A DNA stretch of 64,000 nt from Heterodontus francisci. Taxonomy: Eukaryota. The notes beneath the pieces are model-generated. The model worked only from the letters and a program-made list of their open reading frames with translations, was not told the DNA's origin and searched no databases. The stretch is from assembly GCF_036365525.1 (NCBI RefSeq), contig NC_090413.1:27976262-28040261 (forward strand). The letters run 5' to 3'. The position numbers and the translations under genes are program-made. Shown one piece after another: positions 23,954-36,684 of this stretch. Each line of letters opens with the position of its first letter. The first letter of the stretch is position 1.

Positions 23954-24763
23954 ACAGCAATTAAACTCACAATGACCTCAGGTAGTGTTACTTTTACAGC
24001 AATTAAACTCACAGTGACCTCAATTAGTGTTTTTTTTTACAGCAATTAAACTCAGTGATCTCAGGCTTTTTTTTTACAGAAATTAAACTCAGTGACCTCA
24101 GGTTGTGTTTCTTTTACAGCAATTAAACTCACAATGACCTCAGTTAGTGTTTTTTTTTTACAGCAATTAAACTCAGTGATCTCAGGTTGTGTTTCTTTTA
24201 CAGCAATTAAACTCACAGTGACCTCAGGTAGTATTGATTTACAGCAATTAAACTCACAGTGACCTCAGGTAGTATTGATTTACAGCAATTAAACTCACAG
24301 TGACCTCAGGTAGTATTGATTTACAGCAATTAAACTCAAAGTGACCTCAGGTAGTATTGATTTACAGCAATTAAACTCAAAGTGACCTCAGGTAGTATTG
24401 ATTTACAGCAATTAAACTCACAGTGACCTCAGGTAGTGCTTTTTACAGAAATTAAACTCACAGTGACCTCAGGTAGTGCTTCTTTTACAGCAATTCAACT
24501 CCAAGTGACCTCAGGCAGTGTTTTTTTTTACAGCAATTAAATTCACAGTGACCCCAGGCAGTCTTTATTTACAGCAATTGAACTCACAGTGACCTCAGGT
24601 AGTGTTTTTTTTTACAGCAATTAAATTCAGTGGCCTCAGGTAAATTTTTTTTTACAGCAATTAAACTCAGAGTGACCTCAGGTAGTGTTTTTTAATAGCA
24701 ATTAAATGCAGAGTGACCTCAGGCAGTCTTTATTTACAGCAATTGAACTCAGAGTGACTTCAG
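23954..24763. repeat. Tandem repeat of about 41 bp, about 20 copies
   Basis: Unit ACAGCAATTAAACTCACAGTGACCTCAGGTAGT plus a variable T-rich linker. Confidence 0.95.
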
Positions 24764-25384
24764 AGTGGTTGGTTTTAAAAGTTAATCTCAGCCTTACCCT
24801 GATGCTCACTGATCCCCCACCTTCCTTCCTATCCTAGAGAGGGAGGAAAAATTCTCGATCTCACTCACTCGGCCAGGGTTCAGTGACTCCTGACAGAAGT
24901 GTGTGGATAGCAAGGGATCTAGGGGTCCAGTGCAGTTGTGTTGTCTTTTGCTGATGCTGAACATCCAGTGTGAAGAGCAGAAACTTGGTTGAGGAAAGGA
25001 AAGAAAAGAAGAAAAAAAAAAGAGCCTCAATAAATCAGAATAAAGGCAATAAATTAAGAACAGAGGAAACAGACGGGGGAAAAAACAGCAACAAATGGAA
25101 AACACAAAGAACTTGATAAATAAATCAGAAGCTGCAGAAACTCAGTAGAGGCTGAGGTTTGATGTCAATTTATCAGCTGAGCTGACTGCAGTGAGTTAAA
25201 TCCAACTGTTGAAAGAAAAACAGAACTATGGAAATTCCCACACAAACAGGCGCTATTTAAAAAAAAACTCCAGGTTACATTAAAAAAAAATCAGATAAAG
25301 CCTCTTGGACTAAGTATGGGCTGCATTGGATCTGCTTTTTGGTTACACGACATTACCTAGGCAACGCCTCCCAGTGAAATAATG

Positions 25385-25775
25385 TAAATAAATAAATAAA
25401 TAAATAGGAATCCATCTGTACAGAACAGTCAGCTGGATGTAGCAGTGAGGGAGAGAGACAAGGAGAGAGAGAGAAAACCAAGGAGAGAAACAAATAGAGA
25501 TAGAGAAATAGAGAGGAAGAGCTAGAGAGATAAAGAGACAGAGAAAAAAAACAAAGGGAGAGGAAACAAACAGAGATAGAGAAATAGAGAGGAAGAGCAA
25601 GAGAGACAGAGAAAAAGATTGAGAGAGAAAGAAAGACCTGGAGACGGAACGAGGGAGATACACACACACAGGTGTAGACCGATGGAGAAACAGACAGAGA
25701 AATAAACCAAGAGATAGACAGAGTGTGACAGAGAGGGACACAGACGGAGACAGAGAGAGGGATACAGAGAGAGAG
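25385..25775. repeat. (TAAA)n and GA-rich low-complexity tract just upstream of the AK5-like ATG
   Basis: Read directly from the sequence. Confidence 0.8.
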
Positions 25776-25841
25776 CAGCAACATTAGCAGCAGGAAATTC
25801 TCGAGCATTACTGTCAGAAGGCAAACTGCAATCCTATTAGA

Positions 25842-25901
25842 ATGAGCAGCAGTGAAGCGAAAGATTACATTTCCAAAAGACAAATCCCTCTCCTTTTCGA
25901 G
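25842..25901 (+). CDS. AK5-like exon 1 (MSSSEAKDYISKRQIPLLFE)
   Basis: 60 nt, donor GAG|gtaagg. Aligns to recalled human AK5 MNTNDAKEYLARREIPQLFE (dimerisation/docking domain). Confidence 0.9.
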
Positions 25902-26629
25902 GTAAGGATTTAAAAACTATATATTATTTTTAGAAATAAGCTGAAATGTTTTGAATCCAACAGGTTAAAAATGTGCTTGGTTTTAGCAACAATAAGATAT
26001 GTTAAACATTAATGAAAATGTGAAATCAGGATTCTTGGAATGTTTTCCTTTGCTGGACCAGCCTGATGTGGCTGATGGAACGAGTGGGAGGGAATGAGGG
26101 GGCGAGGGTAATGGGATGGTGGGGGGGATGAGGTTGGTGTCTGTGTTCAAGCTGCAGACAGTGAGGTAAATGACACCCAAAGGTGCCTGTGATTCCCCCA
26201 CCCACCCTTCCCCTCCCCCTCGCTCTGCATCTCCCCTCCTTGCCGCTGGGTGATAGCCCACAGCTGACAGACCTGCGTCCTCACCTGCTCTGTGACAATG
26301 GGCATCTCTGCCACGACACTCCTGCCAATTCACCTATGCCCTGTGCCACCCTAACACAACACTGCCTCCTTCAGGAGACAGTGCCCATATGCAGCAAGCA
26401 AGGGAGTGTTAACACACACAGACGTGGTGCGCAATCTTCATTGAAGACCACAGCGTGTGTGAAATGTGTCAGTAATCATTTCCAATTCTCTCTTTGTGGA
26501 AGAGAGTGAGTTGGTGCTGGGCAATGAGAGCCCCCCCCCCTCCACCGTGGGACACAGGTTTTGGGGGCCGGTGACTGAGTGAGCAGTTGGTAGGGCTCAG
26601 GAGGTAGACAGAGCAGACTGTGAGGAGCA

Positions 26630-27640
26630 GCTGGTGCATCCACATCCAGAGGATCATCCTCCGCCATTTCTGCCACCTCCAGCATGATGCCTCTACCAAA
26701 TGTGTCTTCCCCTCCCTCCCCCTGTCAGCATTCCAAAGGGATCGTTCCCTCCGCGACACCCTGGTCCACTCCTCCATTACCCCCACCACCTCGTCCCCTT
26801 CCCATGGCACCTTCCCCTGCAATCGCAGGAGGTGTAATACCTGCCCATTTACCTCCTCTCTCCTCACTATCCCAGGTCCCAAACACTCCTTTCAGGTGAA
26901 GCAGCGATTTACTTGTACTTCTTTCAATGTAGTATACTGTATTCGCTGCTCACAGTGTGGTCTCCTCTACATTGGGGAGACTAAGCGCAGACTGGGTGAC
27001 CGTTTTGCAGAACATCTCTGCTCAGTCCGCAAGCAGGACCCTGAGCTTCCGGTTGCTTGCCATTTCAACACTCCCCCCTGCTCTCATGCTCTCATCTCTG
27101 TCCTGGGATTGCTGCAGTGTTCCAGTGAACATCAACGCAAGCTCGAGGAACAGCATCTCATTTACCGATTAGGCACACTACAGCCTGCCGGACTGAACAT
27201 TGAGTTCAATAATTTCAGAGCATGACGGGGCCCCCCATTTTATTTACAGTTATTTTTTTCTTTTTTCTTTTAGTTTGTTTCATCATTCATTTTTCTTACC
27301 ATGTGCCTACCCACTGTTTTTTTCATGTTTGTGCTTGGGGCCAAGGCTGTTCAGTTTTCTGTCAATTAACACCCTCTCAGCACTAACACTTTGTCTTTCA
27401 CCACACCATTAACATACCATTTGCCTTTGCTCCATGACCTTCTGGTCGGTTATTCTCTGTGACCTTCTCTTTTGTTATCGCTTGCCCCACCCCCGCTTTA
27501 CTTGCTTAAAACCTTTTACGTTTCTAATATTTGTCAGTTCTGATGAAGGGTCACTGACCCGAAACGTTAACTCTGCTTCTCTCTCCAAAGATGCTGCCGG
27601 ACCTGCTGAGTATTTCCAGCATTTCTTGTTTTTATTTCAA
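26630..27640 (+). mobile_element. 5'-truncated Penelope-like retroelement (GIY-YIG endonuclease plus pLTR)
   Basis: Open frame to 27225 with the CNRRRCNTC linker, VVYCIRC..CGLLYIGET, RFAEH and GLN motifs; hammerhead in the 3' part. Confidence 0.9.
27536..27572 (+). ncRNA. Minimal type I hammerhead ribozyme motif (PLE pLTR)
   Basis: AGTT-CTGATGA-A-GGGTC(ACT)GACCC-GAA-ACGT-T-AACT. Stem I is AGTT/AACT, stem II has 5 bp, stem III is palindromic, and the GUU triplet ends at 27568. Confidence 0.8.
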
Positions 27641-28569
27641 ATTGTGCATATCCTGACTCTCTGAATTCAGTGATGTTAAACCACAGCACCGGAGGTCATG
27701 CACTAGATTCAGAATGTTACGGGAAAACCAATCATTGTTCAAAGCTTTACAGCTGCACAGTGTTGCATGTAAATGCTATATGTGTGACATATACTACACA
27801 TTCTATACAATATGATATATCATTGATAGAAAGCGTACGGCGTCATTTTAAATGTCAGACTGCCACAGTGGGATTTAAACTGAACTTCTCTGGATTTTAA
27901 TTGTAATAACCCGTTTAGAAGCCTTCCTCCAAGCAGACCAGTTAGCCCCTCTTACTTAGACCCTCCTCAGCTTCTTATCACAAATCTCTGTCAATTGCTG
28001 AGCATGTGCTCGGGTGAACAAATGACTTCATCGTGGATGCTCAGTTAGTCTACAAAAGCCACTCCCAAGCTCTCACTTTGATTATTACCAGAGCTGAGAG
28101 TGAACTGCAGAATAGCTCTCCACAAGAACAGGGTGCCATAGCAACGCAAATACACCAGATTACCCAGAGGACTGAACAAACCAGGCTCAGGAAATACACA
28201 TTAATTAGATGGTGAGAACGCTGAACAATGTGACGAAGGAATGTGACTCTGTAAGTGAGGCTCGAGCTCAGTAATTGACCATTCATTGAATCATTCTGTC
28301 ACTCCTCTGAGGCTTTATTACAGCAGTAAATGCACTGGTGACAGTTTCAGCCCCTCAAAGCAATGTGTCACTTGTGAAGAGGTAATTACCTTCCATTGTC
28401 AGGTACCTAGAGAGGGCTGGAGTACCTCAGCCTCACTGCAGGAATGACACTGGTTATTAACAGTAAAAGCCTTTAGTGAGCACTCTGGAGCTGCTGAGAT
28501 TGGTAATGGTTCTCCTCAAGGTTACGACCAATGATCCGCATCAGTGACAAGCCGGGAAATTGCATTTAC

Positions 28570-29560
28570 AACAACAACTTACATTTAAATAGCACCTTTA
28601 ATGCAGGAAAACATCCCAAGGTGCTTCACAGGGTGTCTAAAACAGACAAAAGTTGACATTCTAGCAAAGAAGGAGCTATTAGGTCAGGTGACCAAACACA
28701 TGGTCAAAGCGGTTGGTTTTGAGGAGTGTCTTAAAAGAGGAAGAGAGAGGCCGAGAGGTTTAGGGAGGGAATTCCAGAGCTTAGGGCCTCAGCAGCTGAA
28801 AGCACGGCCGCCAATGGTGGAGCGATGAAAATCAGGGATGTACAAGAAGCTAGAACTGGAGGAGTGCAGAGATCACAGAGGGTCTTAGGGCTAGAGGAGG
28901 TTAGAGAGAGAGGGAGGAAGGGTGTAGGGCTGGAGGAGGCTAGAGAGAGGGGGAGGAAGGGTGTAGGGCTAGAGGAGGTTACAGAGAGAGGGAGGAAGGG
29001 TGTAGGGCTAGAGGAGGTTAGAGAGAGAGGAAGGGTGTAGGGCTAGAGGAGGTTAGAGAGGGAGGAAGGGTGTAGGGCTAGAGGAGGTTAGAGAGGGAGG
29101 AAGGGTGTAGGGCTAGAGGAGGTTAGAGAGAGAGGAAGGGTGTAGGGCTAGAGGAGGTTAGAGAGAGAGGAAGGGTGTAGGGCTAGAGGAGGTTAGAGAG
29201 GAAGGGTGTAGGGCTAGAGGAGGTTAGAGAGAGAGGGAGGAAGGGTGTAGGGCTAGAGAAGGTTAGAGAGAGAGGGAGGAAGGGTGTAGGGCTAGAGAGA
29301 GAGGGAGGAAGGGCGTAGGGCTAGAGGAGGTTAGAGAGAGAGGGAGGAAGGGTGTAGGGCTAGAGGAGGTTAGAGAGAATGGGAGGAGGGTCGTAGCCCT
29401 GGAGGGGTTAAAGCACAAGGATAAGAATTTTAAAAATGGAAGCCTTGCCAGACTGGGATCTGATGTCGGTCAGCGAACACATGGGGTGATGGGTGATGGA
29501 GATGGTGTGAATTTGGACAGGAGAGAAGAGTTTTGGATGAGCTGAAGTTTTATGAATGGC
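28570..29560 (-). mobile_element. L2 fragment carrying an internal minisatellite
   Basis: L2 3' tail at 28570; L2 sequence resumes at about 29390 after the array. Confidence 0.75.
28880..29388. repeat. G-rich tandem repeat of 29-39 bp, about 14 copies
   Basis: GGGTGTAGGGCTAGAGGAGGTT(AG)nGGAGGAA. Confidence 0.9.
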
Positions 29561-29671
29561 AGTAAAGTGTGATAGAGGGGCTTTGCCAGCTGTGAGGGCC
29601 TGGGGGAAGGTTTGGAGCACGGCCTGGGTATATAGCTTTTAGCCCTGCTCAGCTTTCTCCCTTCCTCTCAA

Positions 29672-32600
29672 AGAACCAAGAAGAAAGAACAGTACAGCAC
29701 AGGAACAGGCCATTCGGCCCTCCAAGCCTGCGCCGATCTTGATGCCTGCCTAAACTAAAACCTTCTGCACTTCCGGGGTCCGTATCCCTCTATTCCCATC
29801 CTATTCATGTATTTGTCAAGATGCCTCTTAAACGTCACTATCGTACCTGCTTACACCACCTCCCCCGGCAACAAATTCCAGGCACTCACCACCCTCTGTG
29901 TAAAGAACTTGCCTCGCACATCCCCTCTAAACTTTGCCCCTCTCACCTTAAATCTATGTCCCCTAGTAACTGACTCTTCCACCCTGGGAAAAAGCTTCTG
30001 ACTATCCACTCTGTCCATGCGACTCATAACTTTGTAAACCTCTATCATGTCGCCCCTCCACCTCCGTTGTTCCAGTGAAAACAATCCGGGTTTATCCAAC
30101 CTCTCCTCATAGCTAATGCCCTCCAGACCAGGCAACATCCTGGTAAACCTCTTCTGTATCCTCTCCAAAGCCTCCACGTCCTTCTGGTAGTGTGGCAACC
30201 AGAATTACACACAATATTCTAAGTGTGGCCTAACTAAAGTTCTGTACAGCTGCAACATGACTTGACAATTTTTATACTCGACCAATGAAGGCAAGCATGC
30301 CGTATGCCTTCCTGACTACCTTATCCACCTGCGTTGCCACTTTCAGTGACCTGTGGACCTGTATGCCCAGATCTCTCTGCCTGTCAATACTCCTAAGGGT
30401 TCTGCCATTTACTGTATACTTCCCACCTGCATTAGACCTTCCAAAATGCATTTCCTCACATTTGTCCGGATTAAACTCCATCTGCCATTTCTCCGCCCAA
30501 GTCTCCAACCGATCTATATCCTGTTGTATCCTCTGACAACCCTCATCACTGTCCGCAACTCCACCAACCTTTGTGTCGTCCGCAAACTTACTAATCAGAC
30601 CAGCTACATTTTCCTCCAAATCATTTATATATACTACAAACAGCAAAGGTCCCAGCACTGATCCCTGCGGAACACCACTAGTCACAGTCCTCCATTCAGA
30701 AAAGCACCCTTCCACTGCTACCCTCTGTCTTCTATGACCGAGCCAGTTCTGTATCCATCTTGCCAGCTCACCTCTGATCCTGTGTGACTTCACCTTTTGT
30801 ACCAGTCTGCCATGAGGGCTTTACTGAAGTCCATATAGATAACATTCACTGCCCTTCCTTCATCAATCATCTTCGTCACTTCCTCAAAAAACTCAATCAA
30901 ATTAGTAAGACACGACCTCCCCTTCACAAAACCATGCTGCCTCTCGCTAATAAGTTCATTTGTTTCCAAATGGGAGTAAATCCTGTCCCGATGAATCCTC
31001 TCTAATAATTTCCCTACCACTGACGTAAGGCTCACCGGCCTATAATTTCCTGGATTATCCTTGCTACCCTTCTTAAACAAAGGAACAACATTGGCTATTC
31101 TCCAGTCCTCTGGGCCCTCACCTGTAGCCAATGAGGATGCAAAGATTTCTGTCAAGGCCACAGCAATTTCCTTCCTTGCCTCCCTCAGTATTCTGGGGTA
31201 GATCCCATCAGGCCCTGGGGACTTATCTACCTTAATGCTTTGCAAGACACCCGACACCTCCCCCTTTTTGATAATGAGATGACTGAGACTATCTACACTC
31301 CCTTCCCTAGGCTCATCATCCACCAAGTCCTTCTCCTTGGTGAATACTGATGCAAAGTACTCATTTAGTACCTCGCCCATTTCCTCTGGCTCCACACATA
31401 GATTCCCTTCTCTGTCCTTGAGTGAGCCAACCCTTTCCCTGGTTACACTCTTGCTCTTTATATACGGATAAAAAGCCTTGGGATTTTCCTTAATCCTGTT
31501 TGCCAATGACTTCTCATAACCCCTTTTAGCCCTCCTGACTCCTTGCTTAAGTTCCTTCCTACTGTCTTTATATTCCTCAAGGGATTTGTCTGTTCCTAGC
31601 CTTCCAGCCCTTACGAATGCTTCCTTTTTCTTTTTGACGAGGCTCACAATATCCCGTGTTATCCAAGGTTCCCGAAACTTGCCAAACTTGTCTTTCTTCC
31701 TCACAGGAACATGCTGGTCCTGGATTCTAATCAGCTGAAGGTTTGAAAGACTCCCACATGTCAGATGTTGATTTACCCTCAAATAGCCGCCCCCAATCTA
31801 AATTCTTCAGTTCCTGCCTAATATTGTTATAATTAGCCTTTCCCCAATTTAGCACCTTCACCCGAGGACTACTCTTATCCTTATCCACAAGTACCTTAAA
31901 ACTTATGGAATTATGGTCACTGTTCCCGAAATGCTCCCCTACTGAACCTTCGACCACCTGGCCGGGCTCATTCCCCAATACCAGGTCCAGAATGGCCCCA
32001 TCCCTAGTTGGACTATCTACATATTGTTTCAAGAAGCCCTCCTGGATGCTCCTTACAAATTCTGCCCCATCCAAGCCCCTAGCACTAAGTGAGTCCCAGT
32101 CAATATAGGGGAAGTTAAAATCACCCACCACTACAACCCTATTACCTTTACATCTTTCTAAAATCTGTCTACATATCTGCTCCTCTACCTCCCGCTGGCT
32201 GTTGGGAGGCCTGTAGTAAAGCCCCAACATCGTGACTGCACCCTTCCTATTCCTGAGCTCCACCCATATTGCCTCGCTGCATGACCCCTCTGAGGTGTCC
32301 TCCCGCAGTACAGCTGTGATATTCTCCTTAACCAGTAATGCAACTCCCCCACCCCTTTTACATCCCCCTCTATCCCACCTGAAGCTTCTAAATCCTGGAA
32401 CATTTAGCTGCCAATCCTGTCCTTCCCTCAACCAAGTCTCTGTAATAGCAACAACATCATATTTCCAAGTACTAATCCAAGCTCTAAGTTCATCTGCCTT
32501 ACCTGTTATACTTCTCGCATTGAAACAAATGCACTTCAGACCACCAGTCCCGCTGTGCTCCGCAACATCTCCCTGCCTGCTCTTCCTCTTAGTCTTACTG

Positions 32601-32773
32601 GCCTTATTTACTAGTTCCCCCTCATTTATTTCACCTGCTGTCCTACTGCTCTGGTTCCCACCCCCCTGCCACACTAGTTTAAGCCCTCCCGAGTGACGCT
32701 CGCAAACCTCGCAGCCAGGATATTTGTGCCCCTCCAGTTTAGATGCAACCCGTCCTTCTTGTACAGGTCCCCT
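29672..32773 (-). mobile_element. Young CR1 LINE: nearly full ORF2 (APE endonuclease and RT, frameshifted) plus the end of ORF1
   Basis: ORFs 31727..32674 (NARS, TETW, GDFN, SDH), 30790..31782, 30272..30793 (GVPQGSVLGP, FADD) and 29851..30198. The ORF1 tail DLYKKDGLHLN is SGNH-like. CR1 3' hairpin tail at about 29690-29720. Confidence 0.95.
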
Positions 32774-34158
32774 GTGACTCTGGCTAATATTCAGGTGCTG
32801 GCCTCCATCACGTACTTACACTAGATGGCAGGTTGTTTAACTAGGGAAGGGTCAGGGCCTGTGGTTTGTGCTAATTTCTGGACTAGGGAAGGAGCTGCAT
32901 GCAGGGGTAAATCTATCAGAGTTCCCATTCCCGACTGGTATGCAGCAACACTCTGCTGAACAATGTATGGATAGGGGTGTCGGCTGAGGACAGGATTGCA
33001 CGTGGCTGCGATGCTTCATGTGGTCAAATAGCCCCCTGTCTAGACTCATGCACTGGGCAAGATCCCAGAGAGTTGAAGCAGCATTCAGTAAAGGGGGAGG
33101 AAAAAGAGGGCTAAGACTCGAGAGGTGGGAGGGACATGGGACGAAAATATAACTTAAGCAGACTGGACTGAGAGCCAGCCTGTATTCGAGATTGTGCAGG
33201 TCGGCAGGGAGAGGCTTCACCCTCCCTGTGTGGGTTAAATTAGTAACGTTTACTTTTATCTTTAATCAGCTAGTGCTCACGATCCCATTGACATGCTGTC
33301 TGTGCAGGAGAGGTCATTATCCATCTTCATGCCGATGATGGATGTCCTTTACAGCACACCAAGCCTCCTCTAAACAACTAATTATAGTCCTTATCTACAA
33401 GTCATATAATGCACTCTTCAAAATATTCCATTAACCACTAGTCCAGCTTCCGTAACATTTAACACAAAGAGGTCATTTTGACTTGGGCTTCCCAGTGGGG
33501 TGAAGTGTATTTTTCAAGTGAAGTGGGGTGAGGGGGTGTCAGCTAAGTGGACCCAGGGGTGTAGGTGTAAGCCAGAACCCACTTTAACATCACACATTCT
33601 GGCTGTGTTTTTATATAATATTTAATATTCATAGTTAAAATAGCAAAACCTGCAGCAACCGTGGAAAGAAAGAGTGGGATGGAGCTTAACGAGTGTGTCT
33701 GCAGTCCTGGCAGAAGCAAACCCAATGTGTTACATCGCCACCACCCATCTGGAGGGTGTAATTACAGCGTGACATGTTTACATGGACAGTTCCCATTGCA
33801 AGTGTGGATATAAGAATCTATAATGAAAAAAGCTGACATGATTGGTCAGTCCTGCGGGGTCAAAGGGTGAAGGGTTTTCTGGATTCTAAATTCGATGAAC
33901 TATCAGCTCAGTCCGTCTAACATTAGGATTCCTAATTGTATTGAAAGGGCTGATTCTCGATGATAATGATCCGTTGCTGTGTGACTAGGTCTCAGTGGAA
34001 GCACCAGTAATGACCAAAATAATACATTTCATGTAAAACTATCTGGTTAAAGAATTAAATGATTTAAGCAGTGATTTGTAACAGGGGATGCCATATTGAT
34101 TATTGATTCCATGTCGATCCCAGGCTATTGATTGATCTCCTTCCTGCTCCTTTCCCAG

Positions 34159-34345
34159 AGTATGCTGACAGGGCTCATGTACCATCAGCCTGGTGACCCC
34201 ATTGAATATCTGGAGATGTGCCTCAATAAGGTCCGAGAGATTGGAGGCCTGGAGAAAGTACGATGGGACACGTTCATCATTCAGGAGAGACGGACACTGC
34301 CGCCAGTTGGTGGGAGCCAGGGAAGGAGAGCTATTTACCGGAGTG
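34159..34345 (+). CDS. AK5-like exon 2
   Basis: SMLTGLMYHQPGDPIEYLEMCL...VRWDTF...TLPP; 187 nt, phase 0/1. Confidence 0.95.
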
Positions 34346-35765
34346 GTAACTCATTGACCTCGTCACAGTCTTAACAGTGTGCCCATTTTTTATTTCAATG
34401 CAGATTAAGAAGCTCGTTGGCTGGTGACTCTTTTCAAATCTTCTTCAGCCAGAAGGGCAGTCGGGCAGCCCAGGATTGGTCAGGTGGTCAGTGCGAGGGG
34501 TTTTAAGGGCTGTTCTGGAATGTTCTGTCTTGCGATCCAACTCAGAGCTGTGATTAAAAACCCTCGGGCCATTGAGGGGACATTCCTGATTGCAGTCTGA
34601 TCTAATCTCTGCAATCTAACTGAGAAGAAAGCAGTCTGCTCCTCATGATAAGCAGGGACCCAGTTCTACTGAAATCTCTTGTAAAAGTTTGCTCGTTCTT
34701 TGTAAGTAAATGAAAGTCATTGAAAGCATCTTGACTGATAGGTTTAGGTTGGTCTTTTGAGTTGTATTGGTGAGGTGACCCATGATACTGCACTGGGAAA
34801 GGTCCCAGTTTCATTTCTAAGCCTATGTCCAGTTAACTGGTCTCAGCTGTGACAGTGCAGGAGGAGATAGTGACAATTGGCCTCAGTGTCTCGACCAAAT
34901 AGTGAAGAAAAACAATACGAGGGTTCCACTCCTGCTGAGCTCTGCGGAAAAGACATGAGTGAGACAGAAGCCCATGAAGAGAGGTTTGTTACATCTGAGA
35001 ATGATCAAAAGACAGAGTTAAAGGACTGTGAAAATCAAAAAATTCCAACACAGTATTATTTTGAATTTGTAAGTTACGTGCAGTGTTTCTGTTGGTATAT
35101 TTTGCTTCAGTACAAATCTATTTTTTAAAATAAATCTCATTTGCCATAAAGCCTGAACTATATGGGTCAATAGCTTTGTGCTTATCTGGCTATTGAAGAG
35201 ATTGTGATGGGTGTATAGTGTGGGGTTTATTTGATATCCAGTCCATAACCTGTCAATAAAAGAGCCCGAGTTAAATCTTAGTGATGAGCACGTGTTAAAT
35301 CATATGTTTTATGTTATAGGAAGCATGGAAAGGCATGTAGTAATGTGACCTTCCATGAACATGGGGCAAAGAATTGGGAAAAGAGTCTGCATCGTGACAA
35401 TAGATGAGAGTGAGAGAGGGGAAAGGTTAAAATGCCATGTGTTGGTTGGATTATGAAACTGAAGAGAGTGGCTAACATTGAAAACAAAGGCTTAAAGATT
35501 AAGTGATGCTGTGGTTTTAAATTGCAACTTAGTGATGTTACGTGGGAGTATAAATCAATGCAAAGTAGTTCATTTACTGGAAGTGTGGAGATCAGCACAG
35601 CAAGTGACTGGCACAGTGCTGTTACTTATAAGGTGCTGTACAAAATTCTTGTGGTTGAAACTGTGAAGCCTGGCGCTCGATATGGGCTATCTCTGGCTTT
35701 CATTGTCACTCGCTGTTGACTGTGATATTTCTGTGTTTCTCTCCCTCCCCCACTACACCACCCAG

Positions 35766-35933
35766 CTCTCTCGGAGAGTCACAGTCTGGGACATGGACGC
35801 TATGATTGTCTCCCTCCAATTCATCAATTCTCCATAGAGAGCGACACTGACCTGTCAGAAACCGATGAGCTAATCGAGGAATACGTGGTGTTTGATCCAT
35901 CGAAACCGAGGCCCAGAATCATCCTGGTCATTG
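35766..35933 (+). CDS. AK5-like exon 3
   Basis: ...LPPIHQFSIESDTDLSETDELIEEYVVFDPSKPRPRIILVI; 168 nt, phase 1/1, donor gtaagg. Confidence 0.95.
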
Positions 35934-36684
35934 GTAAGGTCACTGGGGAATAGTGGGGGAAGTCCAACATTCCTCTTCACCTGCATTCCTTCCTCAGGTT
36001 AGCTGCCCTCACATCCCGGATTGGTCAACTTACTGCCAGCTCGACCAACCGGACTAATCCCATCCATGGCTGATGTGACAGGATCACGGTTAACTTTCCA
36101 TTCCCAAAGTGGCTCCGGTCATTATTACATTGTTGTTTGTGGGATCTTGCTGTGCACAAATTGGCTGCCATGTTTCCTGCATTACGACAGTGATTACACT
36201 TCAAAAGTACTTCATTGGCTGTAAAGCGCTTTGGAACATCTTTTCATCCCTGCCCAGTTCCTCAGTCTGAGGCGAGGCCTGGGAGACGCCGAGGTTTTGG
36301 AATGGCATCCTTACTTTTTCTCCTCGTTCTGAGTGATTTCCCCTCTCCGACTGGATTGAAATTCCCCTGATGGCCATTTTCAGAATCTTCCAGTAAAATT
36401 CCTGCTATTTTAACAGTCGTTAGTCACTGTGACGAGGACCGTGCTCAGTTTTAACTGCAATTCCTCGGATATTACACAGGATCAGTCTTTGTCTGAACAA
36501 ATTCGGATGAAATTACAGGATGCAATAATTCCCAAAACACTGGGAAGGACCCTGAGTAATAAAAACAGGCTTTGACTTGTTTGGTGTAGACTCAAGGGGC
36601 CGAAGGGCTGTAACTATTGGTTGATCAGCCCAGCGTCACCACCATTGGTTAATTTAAAATAGATAGACTCCTCCTTTTTAAAAA

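Noticed and set aside
23954-24763. CRISPR-like look (conserved core with variable spacers)
   Set aside because: The linkers are short, related T-tracts rather than unique spacers; there are no cas genes and the locus is eukaryotic.
19640-25840. Remnants of ST6GALNAC5 or PIGK
   Set aside because: I recognised no sialylmotif or GPI8-like peptide by eye; a tblastn is needed to exclude decayed exons.
34877-35128. Acidic ORF ending near a gtaagt donor in AK5-like intron 2
   Set aside because: The donor is phase 0 but exon 3 needs phase 1, and the 5' part overlaps a dispersed repeat.
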